A DNA stretch of 64,000 bases from the NCBI RefSeq assembly GCF_902459465.1, contig NC_047062.1, forward strand, positions 31,124,001 to 31,188,000. The letters are read 5' to 3'. Position numbers and translations under genes: made by a program. Each line of letters starts with the position of its first letter. The first letter of the stretch is position 1. Positions 37,451 through 48,000 of the stretch are shown in pieces. The DNA is from Asterias rubens (Eukaryota). The notes under the pieces are model-generated. The model was given only the letters and a program-made list of their open reading frames with translations, did not search any database and was not told the origin of the DNA.

Positions 37451-38128
37451 ACTGCCTAGACACGTGGACAATTTATTCAGCAACACACTACAAGTTTTAA
37501 AAAACTTTTAGAAGTCCTTCAGTGTGCAAACAAACACAACTACACACAGTGACGTTCAATCACCAGACAACAATTTCACAAGGCCCAAGTCCACCACAAG
37601 TATAATCCACTGAGTTGCGTGGCATAAAATATATTATAACAAACGCGATATTTGTACGTCCGAAGTTCAGATTTTGAGTTCAAAGTTCCACAGTTTTCTA
37701 CACTGAACCTAAAATTAGTAACAATTTCAGTTGACAACGGACGGCAAATATGAACTCCTGTTCAGAAACCCGTGCAAACAAATCTTCTTTCTTTGATAAC
37801 AATGTTCTGCTGGTTTGATATTTTGTCTTGAAAGGGTGATGGATATGCTGGTGGTATTTCTAATGAACAAAGGAGTTGACACTTTAAAATTAATACAAAA
37901 GATTAAGTATTCTCTCAAAATACAAGTCTACGCATTGTTTTGAAGCTACGGGTAGCATTTAGTGCTTTGTATATGGGTTTCTTTTTTAGCTTGAAGCTGT
38001 GTTTGCTTTTTGATAATTGTCGACAGCCAAACGGACATTGAACTTCCCTGGTATGTAAATGTAGTCTTCATAAACTTACAAAAGTATAACACTAAGCGAC
38101 GAGACGTGGGGAAAGGAACCAAACAGTA

Positions 38129-38537
38129 TTAAAGGGAATGTATACGTTTGGTAATAATATTGGACCCAGTGTTTGCTTCAATCGTATACAGTTGTATATC
38201 ACAAACTATAACCAGTGAAAACTTCATTTTAAAAGATGGCAGAGTTTTTGAGATATTGGACAAAATCTGGAGCAGTTTATGTCCACGCAGGAAGAATAAT
38301 CTGCAATTGGAGTACACAATCTTAAAAGCATTTCTGCAGTAACGCTTCTCAGGTTAAAAAATTTGGGGCATAACCACGAGAAACGCACAGCAGTAACGTT
38401 TCTCAGATTCAAATTTTAGGGGATAAAAAGTACCGCAGCACTTCGAAGTAAATTCTTAAAATGCATTTCTATCTAAACCAAGTAAGTTTTTACTGGTATT
38501 CAATTTCAGTGTCATTATACCAACACAGACCCTTTAA
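38129..38537. mobile_element. TTAA-TSD element, family C (Kolobok-type); related pieces at ~4890-5174, ~8000-8500, ~25745-25990, ~54960-55175
   Basis: TTAA|AGGGAATGTATACG ... AGACCCT|TTAA. The shared motif gcagtaacgcttctcag and the left end ttaaagggaaagtatacgtttgg recur at 8000. Confidence 0.7.
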
Positions 38538-39249
38538 ACTACGAGTTCAATAACTTCAACCACTGCCCCACGGCAGTTTTATGTAACAATAATATATTGT
38601 ATCTTGTATCATTTGAATAAACATGTCACTTGACTAACTGCAAACAGCTCACGGCCTTTGTAAAATGGCTTGCAGTTTTCTATAGTAGAACAGGAACTCT
38701 ACTGTATACCATCAATGTCTGAATCAATTACTGAAACTCCACCAATCTGTCTTAATATTTCGATCAAAACAGCACATTATGGGTATAGACAATAATTATA
38801 TTTTCCGGGGAAATCGTGACTAGGATTTAACATAAAAGTATCGTCCAACCGACCTGTGCGTCCCGCGTGACTGCCGATAAAAACAACAGCAAATGAAAGA
38901 CCTTATTATAGTAAAACCCACACGTAACGCTCAAACGACGGTAAAACGAAGATGAAAAATAACACTCTCTTGTAGAAAAAATGTAACACATGGAAACTTG
39001 GGATTAATATACTTTCAGTCAAAGTTATTTTGTTGTAACTTTGAGGTACAATGTTCCATGTCTGCATGATTTATATACGACGAAAACTGCGGCGATAATC
39101 GTCAAGAGAGGGCCAGTATAGGCCACGCCCCAACCTCCCCTTTCTGACCCCTCCTTCTCACGTCCTGTTAGGCAGGTAGTTTTGAGGGTCTTATAACCGG
39201 GTGGGGGGCGTACCCCCCCCCCCAAAAAAAAAAAAAAAGAAAGTCGTCT

Positions 39250-39430
39250 TCCACCCCCTCTGATTATGCCCCAATGGGCATCTTAACTCACACATTCACC
39301 AGTGCGCTTGCGGGCAACCCACAGGTACGCCCCCCCACCCCAAAATGTCGCCCCACCCCCTCTGAATATGCCCAAATGTGAATCTTACACACAAAATTTC
39401 CCTGGCAGTGCCCTTGCGGGCAACCCACAG
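39250..39430. repeat. ~107-bp tandem duplication
   Basis: caccccctctga.tatgccc.aatg...cagtgc.cttgcgggcaacccacag occurs twice. Confidence 0.7.
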
Positions 39431-39894
39431 TTCAGGATAATCCTAAGAGATAACCCGCAACTCCAAAGAATCAAAGAATTTTCCCTCCATGGCCACAAGG
39501 AAGGCTTGTTGCTGCTCGATTTATGCCACACTGTTGATTATTTATTTTTTTAGGCAAAATTAACAACACTTCAAATGTTACCAATTTAATCTATACTCCA
39601 GCTCAAAAGATCATCTAGAAAGGTGAGAATGCACAAGAGAGCATTTCCAACTGCCAAATAATAGGCCACAACATCATCATAAATTAATAAACCCTACAAC
39701 ATTTTTGAGGGGCCCTTGAGCAAGCCCCAGAATCCGAGATATATTTTTAACGCCAACTTGCATTCACACACTCCTTATTTTCGCTGAATGATTTTTGTCT
39801 TCCTTTCCATAACAAATTAAAACAAAAGGGAGAAAGTTACAAAACTTTCATTTGGCTTAAATTATAACCTAGCATAGATACAGAATATACTATG

Positions 39895-40106
39895 TACGTG
39901 AGGTGCCCTGTTACAGTACCCGTGGGGCACTGTTCCATTACGTGAGGTGCCCTGTTACAGTACGTGAGCTGCCCTAATACAGTACGTGTGGCGCGCCGTT
40001 ACATTACATGAGGTGCCCGTTACAGTACACATGGCGCGTTGTTACATTACGCGAGGTGCCCTGTTACAGCACGGGCGGTTCGCTGATACAGTACGCGCTG
40101 TTACAG
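39895..40106. repeat. Degenerate ~22-bp minisatellite (acgtgaggtgccctgttacagt)
   Basis: About 9 units. Confidence 0.85.
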
Positions 40107-41303
40107 TTCTTGTCTGGAATAATAAAGCTTAACCTCTCCTCTTTCATGAAATCTGCAGGTGAAGAAACATCAATTCAAAATCCTTAATTCGGACCAAATC
40201 CTGCGGAATCAAAGGCCCAATATCAACATTCAATGATGAATTCTCACAAACACAATATAATCACTCAACTCAACAATTTTAATAGAATCTATGATATGGA
40301 TACAGTAAATTTATCATCCAACTCATGCAAAACTTCAAAACAAAAGGTTCCTGTTGAGAGTCCAAGCATGGATACATTGTACAATGTAGACTGTAGACTG
40401 TAATCGTATGCTTCTGGTTTTGTGCAATCATGTTTAAAAGTGTGGACCTGAAAACAAAACAGGTCCACATAATGAAGAGTCTTGAAACACTATGTGGACT
40501 TACACACCCCCACACAGTGGGTCTTTTACCATATTGAACAGTATGAATGACCTTACATGAACAGAACAAAGGATTGTTCACAGAGTGACAGCAACACATA
40601 GCTGTGTGTTGCTGTGTATGTATCATGTTTATCAATTAATACAAATGCCTTTGTCAAAGTTGCATCTGACTTCAGGAGCCATTTTTCGGTTGATATTTCA
40701 TTTTCTTTTATGGATTAAACTCAAATCATGCACCCACACCAAGTCAGTTTTAAATTAAAAACTCATACAAATCAAACATTTGACGAAAATAAGAGCAGGA
40801 ATTCATGTCAATATCCTGTACAGTTTGTCAACTTGAACATAAATGCCACATCAGATCCATTGTCATAGAGTTGACAATCAGAGATTTCTGCTTAACGCAA
40901 AAAATTGCTTAGCAAAGTTACCAAAGTACCAGTCAACAGAAGACAGGCCACACTACACAATTGGTTAACCCGAGTCTGCTAAACAAACTTTTCTGTGCTT
41001 AGCAAGTATGAGCTACACTGCCAAATAGGGATCTTGATCTGCCCTTTACACATAATGTGAAAACATTAATAATTTCATAAGTATTGTTAATTTTTGTTCT
41101 CTCCAGATATTGATGTGATCTTGCATCCAGTTCCGATTGCTTGGTATGTTTTACGTCTTGAGGAACACTTGAGATGAACCTGGTGATTGATCTTAGATGT
41201 CTGTTGAAGGACTCTGTGCTGATGGTCAGTCAGGAGATGAACATGAATTCCGTACTGCAATCCTAGATGACATTCTCTTAAATTGTAAACTATTCTAGTG
41301 GTA

Positions 41304-43037
41304 CTAGTGGTGCCCGGCTGTTGGTAGGAAAACAAACAATAACCAATTAGATTGAGTGACAACATGATTAGAAAAACAATAGAGGGGACAACTTTTGATT
41401 TATCACATTGCCACAGGCCTGGAATTTCATCCACAAAATTCCAGGCCCGTCTTGGGCGTTGGAAAATTATACACATACAATAACATTCATTCTTTAAAAC
41501 GGTAAAACACTTGAGTGGTTTGTGTAAGAGAATATTCCCTTTAAAAAAAAAAAAATACATGTACATGTAGTTAAGTTTGAAACCATAGCAATATCAACAA
41601 CGTCAAGTAGTAAATGCATGCATCAAAGCTATGAGTTTGGTTCACACAGTAAATAACAATAATAAAATATTCAATGTAATGTAATGTAGTGTGCAACCTC
41701 TGCATACAAAGATGTTCAAAGGCATAAATCACAACGTCAATACAAAATATCAAAATACAATCATTCAGTAGAGATGAAAAATATTTGTTAACAATCCATA
41801 CAAATGCAGCATAAAAATTACATATCATGATTTTCAAAAAATATCACCATCACCCCTAAAAAAGGGGGTGAACAAGGCAATCATGATCAAATACACAATA
41901 AGGAGCATCAAAATACAGTCAAAAATACATCAGAATAATCAGTCAATAAAGCATTGAATCGTACAATGTATCACACACAAAAGATAATACACAATTGCAG
42001 CATAAAATTACATATCATGATTTTCAAAAAATAAACCCATCGCCGCTAAAGAGGGGGGTAAACAAGACAATCATCATGATCAAATATGTGTGAGCATCAA
42101 AATACAGTAAAAAATGCATCAGAATAATCACACAGTAAAGCATTGAATCATACAATCACACACAAAAGATAATACACAAATGCAGCATAATATTAAAAAA
42201 GAATAGTTTTCAAAATCAGACACCTTGGCATGTAAAAAGGGGGGAAACAAGGCAACAAAATACACAATGAAATACATAGTGAAAATAGAATACAACATTG
42301 CAATGCACACATAAATAATATTAATCAATATAGAGATGTGTATAATGCAATGACTCTTTGAACAAGCAAGTCTTTAAGTTTATCTTGAGGGACCCCAGTG
42401 AATTAGCACTGGTCTCAGATTTCAAGATTTCAACAACACTCAACACTGTTTTTACGAAGAGCCACATGTTGAAATGACATAGTATTGATTAATACAGGCA
42501 TGAAAAGAAGGGGCCTATAGCTCCTATAGATCAATAAATGCACTGTGCCTCCGACATGTGGCCCATTGTGAAAACGGTAACTTTGAAATTGGTAATCACT
42601 GTGAATTTGACATCATAATAAAAAATGTCTATTCGTGTTAACTTACATTGACCAAGTGCCTCCTTCTTCTTTAGATCTTTATCTGTGATAAGGAAAGAAA
42701 AACAAGTGGACATAAATAATTAGTTTCGTTTCATTTCATTAATATCTTTGTTCGGTGGTGCCAGTCAGAAAGTGTGGGCCAGGGATTACACCATTGGAAG
42801 CAGCAGCCAGGGGATCACCTTAAGGGGGTGCAACTTCTTAATGTTGCACATCAAGTAATAAAACACAAGGGTAACTGACTGGGTAAGTTTTGAAACCCCA
42901 AATGACTTACATCCTATCATTGTAGCTTTTGCCATTAGGTATCCTGTGATCAGCATACATGGGAAGAGGAAGGGGCCGATCTGTCTGACGTATGGCTTGT
43001 GCAACGCCATCACATTCTTGGGCCAAACGGAAGGCAT
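41304..43037 (-). CDS. ATP5MJ: ATP synthase membrane subunit j / 6.8PL (MP68)-like microprotein, 58 aa, 3 coding exons
   Basis: Exons 43037-42911, 42682-42647, 41317-41304 (127+36+14=177 nt). Two gtaagt donors and pyrimidine-rich acceptors, both junctions phase 1. Product MPSVWPKNVMALHKPYVRQIGPFLFPCMLITGYLMAKATMIGYKDLKKKEALGQSGHH*. It has the same length as human 6.8PL and shares the KN...KPY motif, one central TM segment and the terminal GHH (from recall of the human sequence). Confidence 0.82.
41800..42280. repeat. ~188-bp tandem duplication x~2.5 in the ATP5MJ-like last intron
   Basis: a.tgcagcataa recurs at about 41803, 41993 and 42179. Confidence 0.85.
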
Positions 43038-44299
43038 CTTGCTTGCTTGAACTAAGTAGCACAACAATAACAAAAATAAATTGTTTTTATTTGTTTCATA
43101 TCCAACAACACAATTATATGCCAGCAGGCTTGATATTTCACGAAGGTGGTTGCCTCCATGCCCACTGGTCGTTGCCTTGGTGCCCTTGAAATGCTTCAGT
43201 ACAATTTTACAATTTCATCATAGTGTGCCCTTTACCAAGGAGAAAAATACCTGTGTGCCCTTGCTCTTTCAATTATGAAGCAATGCCTTTGCCAGTAACA
43301 CTCCTGGGCAGGCTTGGAATTTCATCTTTAAAAGGGCAAGGCCATTTCCAATTTGCAAAAAGGGGACTTCTATCTATTGCAAAATCGTGTCATTCCAGGT
43401 CTGCCTGGGGAAAACAATTTTGAGAAATATTAATAAAGTAAAAGAAACTACAGTCTTCTTTTCATTCAATCAATCATTAAATAATAGTTTTTCTATATTT
43501 TAAATTGATTAATTAATGTTGTTTCCAAAGTCAACGGCAGTCCAAAGTAATCCTTTTCAATACATGGTAAATGTACAAAAGGAAATTACAAGTTATTACC
43601 GGTAACTACTATGAGTGCTAAACACTCAGATGCTGGCTGAACTTTGAGAAAGTAGAGATAGAAAACAGCTTGAAGAACCCAGAAAATGTTGAACTACAAT
43701 CCTACAAAAGGCTAAATTATTATATGGAAACAGATCAACTGAACTAGAACGCACGCTAACTTGTACGCCTGCCAACCCGTACGCCAACAATTGGTCAACT
43801 CATGCGCTCACCAACAAGTGGCCCATTTCATTTTCAATTTCATGCATTTGCGGATGATTTGGGAAACAACTTTTTGTTTTCAATTATTATTGAATCATCA
43901 TATCATATTCATATTCATACTACAACACGACAAGGCCAATTTTGAAGAGTATAATTTATAGTACTATGTGTATTTTATTGAGGTTATGGGGAACATTATT
44001 AAGGGCCAGACGTGACGTTACAACAAACAAGTCACTTACTTACCCCCGCCCCCACTCCCAAACGGATCCCCCAACACTCACTCCCACACCACTCACAGAC
44101 TACTGAACCAGATACTGTACACAACCCGCATATACTATAGCACTCGCAGCACACATTTTTTAATTGTTTAGTCTTTCACTTTTTTAATAGCAGCAGTCTT
44201 AATTTCATTCAGTCAAACATTCCCATCATCACACTATGAAACAAAGAACCGTAATTAATTGTAAGTTATTGTATTTTATATTATAAATGTAGTTAAAAA

Positions 44300-44400
44300 C
44301 ACATTTTACCTTACTAACTGCCGACGAAAAGTTTTAAGAATGCGGCACAAGTAAAATTTCCAAGATGGCGGTGAATGTAAATTGCGCCCTCTCCAGTTCC
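44300..44400. promoter_or_regulatory. Probable bidirectional promoter / first non-coding exons of ATP5MJ-like (-) and RDH paralogue B (+)
   Basis: YY1-type CAAGATGGCGG at 44361-44371. Minus-strand donor aag|gtaaaa at 44310/44309. Plus-strand donor-like gcg|gtgaat at 44370/44371. Both flanking genes have an acceptor just upstream of their ATG (43052 and 45050), so both need an upstream exon. Confidence 0.5.
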
Positions 44401-45051
44401 GAAAATTTCACACTTTTTTTTTGGGGGGGGGGGATGGGCAAATTTTGTGTATGGAAATAAGTATTTTCTTTAGAATTTGAATTTGTATATTATCAATTAA
44501 TGGTATATCCACAGTCAGATCTAATTTGTCATAATGTTAGGATCAATGACTGAGAAAAAGAAGGTAGGGGGAAAAATTCCAAAAATAAATTAAAACCTGA
44601 AGGTGTGAAACAGTTGGGGGCGCTTTCTCCTTAAAAAAGTAGCCGCACACGAGAACCAGTGCCTGGACGCTGCACACAAAACCAGACAATTCCGTGAGTG
44701 CTTAGCAAACATTTTACAGCCAAACCAAATTTGCATATTACTGTATTAAAGTACAGGCCATAATATGACTTTGCACTTTATACAGCAGCTAGCTAGCCAT
44801 GCCAATGTATAGCAGTTGGCAGTCAGTAGTATAGCACACTCTTCTGCTGAACCACCTCAAATCATACTCTATGCTCAAATTCAGCAGACGTCAAATTTAT
44901 CAATATTCCTGCATGATTGATTGTATTTCAGTTGCCAACGAAGTTTATTGTGAATCGCTACTGGCACTGACTTGAAGTTGTTGCATGCACAAGGCGTTTT
45001 TTTTTTTTATCTAACTGGACTGGAGTTTTTTCTCCCCTGTGAAGTGACAGG

Positions 45052-48000
45052 ATGGGACTTGAAATTCTTGGTTGTACTGTTGACCCTGTTCTTGTAGCGG
45101 CATACATAGTTGGTGAGTCTTTTTTTATGTTAAAAAAACAAAACAAACTTTATTCTCACTTTTTGTTGAAGGTATGTTTTTGTTTCACTGGGCTGGGAAA
45201 GCACTAGAGACTGTGCGTGCTGAATGAAACACAGATAGGGGTAGATATTTCGGAAAAGTTTCCATATGGCGCCACCCCTTTTTCATTCGATATGAAATAA
45301 TATAGTATCTAATTTACCTCAATGAGATATCCCTTTTTGTAAAAATGAGTGAAATAGGTGGTGGCGCCATACGGAAAGTTATCCGATATTTCTACCTCAG
45401 TGGTTGAAGGAAGAAACTTGGGTTGACTGCTTTTACCCTACTTTTTGTATTTTATTTAGATTTTAGATCAAACTGCATTTTTAATACTTCAGTCAGGAAT
45501 TGTATTTATCGAGTTACGTGTTTTACAACAGGTTGAATGTTTGATTAAAACATTCAACCTGTTGCGACCTGTTTAACACTTTTAAAGAACTTTTTCTCCT
45601 ATCTAAGGCTAATGTTATAAAAAGTATAATTATGTTTGTTATTTTTTAGTTTGTCCATTTACTCATGCCATGTTCAGCGCTCTAGAGTAGTATACATGTA
45701 TGTAATTGTAAGTAGAGCATGTCAACATGAAAAGCTAAGGCGCTAGCCTATATAAATGAGTGTGGTATTGGTACTTCTCGTAAGGAGCCTTAATTAACAA
45801 TTGTAGTGGAAAAGTTTCCGTATGGCGCCACCACTTTTTCATTCGAAATAAAATAATATAGTATCTAATTTACCTGATTGATATATCCCTTTTTGTAAAA
45901 ATGAGTGAAAAAGTGGTGGCGCCATACGGAAAGTTATCCATTGTAGTTTCTAGAAGCACTTTTACCCTAGCCCAACTTATCATGGTTATGTGGCCAACGA
46001 CTATGAATCCTTGAGAATGGAGAGAGTTGTCCACACAGAGGTGGGGCTAATTTTGACTTAGAATGGATAGCCCCATTGTGGGGGCATCCACTCTCTGTAT
46101 CCTTGCTCCAAAGCCACCGCAATCATATTCTTTTGCCCAATGAATGAAGCTACAAAGTGGATTGGCTCCAATGTAAATACAAAACAATACAAGATGAGTG
46201 TTGTTGGTTCAAAAAACTTTTCATAATATATTTTTATCTTGGTTTGTTTACGATGGCTGGACTGGGTCGTGTTTCGTGTGTGATGTGGTGGATAGGTTTT
46301 TTATTGTGCATTGTTTCTTGTGCAGTATTTTAATATCTTCCTTAGTAACTTAGTGACTTATTAACTTTAAGATCTTTAAGAAATTAAGGGCAATGTCATT
46401 TCTTCTTTTCGGAGAGTAGTACAAGTTTTGTATGTCAGAAAAATATCTGTATCCTGCCACCTGTTTTTCATTCGTGACCCATTGCTGACCAGGGACCAAT
46501 TTCATAGAGCTGCTTAAGCACAAAATTTTGCTTTAAAAGCAAAAAAATCCTTGCTTAGTAAAATCAGATTACCGACCAAGACTCCACTCAATTGTTATGC
46601 TAAGTAAACAACAGCTAAATACCAGTCACAAGCAATGTATGCCCTATATGGCATGAGATTTTGGCCAGTAACATGTGAAACAAGCAAGCTATTTTCGTGC
46701 TTAAGCAAGTTTTTTGCTTAAGCAGCTCTATAATTTCATAGTGCTGCTGTTATAAGCAGAAATATACAGCTTAACAAATTTGTTTGCTAATTGGCAAAAA
46801 CTGAGTGGGGCACCAGTGAAAACAATGTAAACGTAAATTTGGCTGGTACATTCTGCACTGTTGAGCAATACTAATTAAGGGGTAAGCAATAACTTATTCT
46901 GTGCTTATCATGTTTTTGTGCGTACAGGCTTTATGAAATTGAGCACTGTATTATAGTTACAATCACTGACTGAGTATACCTTGGTAAAGGGAATGAAGAA
47001 CTGACAAATTTCTACTGTGAGCACAAGGGCACCAAGGCCGGCAATGATCAGGGGGGCAGGGAGGAAATCGCCTTCGTTGCCTCCGTGAAGTATCAGACCT
47101 AGCTGGTGTTTGAACTGTGCTTGATGACTCCTTGGTTTTTTTCTTTTTTTCTCGAGTGCAGTTTCTGTGGTGATTTTGTGGCTGGTAAGGAAATGGAGTG
47201 ATGGGGGATGGTGCTACAGTAAAGCTCGCTTGGATGGCAAGACGATTATCATCACAGGAGCAAACACTGGCATTGGGAAGGAGACAGCAAGGGATTTCGC
47301 TAAAAGAGGTACATTTTTCGATCCCTGACTGACTCTGTAACGCTCCTTTAATATAATTGTTTTTATCACTTTTGTACGTAAACCTGGAAAGAGACTGCCC
47401 TTGCTTTTGAATTCCATGACATACATACATTGAGCTATGAACTTTGATTCCTGTGCTTGATCGGTCGACCACAATCTCTTCTTCCTTGAATGGTTGATTA
47501 AAGACACTGGATACTATTGGTAATTGTCAGAGACCAGTCTTCTCACTTGGTGTACCTCAACATATGCATTTGTAACACAACAAACCTGTGAACATTTGAG
47601 CTCAATCAGTGGTTGTTGAAGTTGCGAGATAATAATGAAAGAAAAAACACCCTTGTCGACGAGTTTGTGTGCTTTCAGATGCTTGATTTCGTGACCTCAA
47701 ATTTTCTAAATCTGAGGTCTCTAAATCAAATTTGTGGAAAATTACCTCTTTCCCGAAAACTATGTTACTTCAGAAGGAGCCGTTTCTCTAAATGTTTTTT
47801 ACTATCAACCTCTCCCCATTACTCGTGACCAAGTAAGGTTTTATGCTAATAATTATTTTGAGTGTTACCAATAGTGTCCACTGCCTTTAATTCTTCTTCT
47901 TATTTTGGTTACTACAGGAGCTCGTGTCATTCTTGCCTGCCGAGATCTCGCCAAAGCTGAGGCAGCGGTGACTGAGATCTATAAAGAGACGGGGAGTAAC

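Noticed and set aside
39025-39225. ORF with a hydrophobic stretch as RDH-A first exon
   Set aside because: A better exon (37450-37411, ATG plus gtaag donor in the correct phase) completes the gene.
39893-40105. TGT...ACA ends around the 22-bp minisatellite as a third Ginger-type element
   Set aside because: Flanks (acta / gttc) show no target duplication.
41087-41566. 159-aa minus-strand ORF
   Set aside because: Overlaps the ATP5MJ-like last intron and 3'UTR; the spliced frame stops after SGHH and this frame resembles nothing I recognise.
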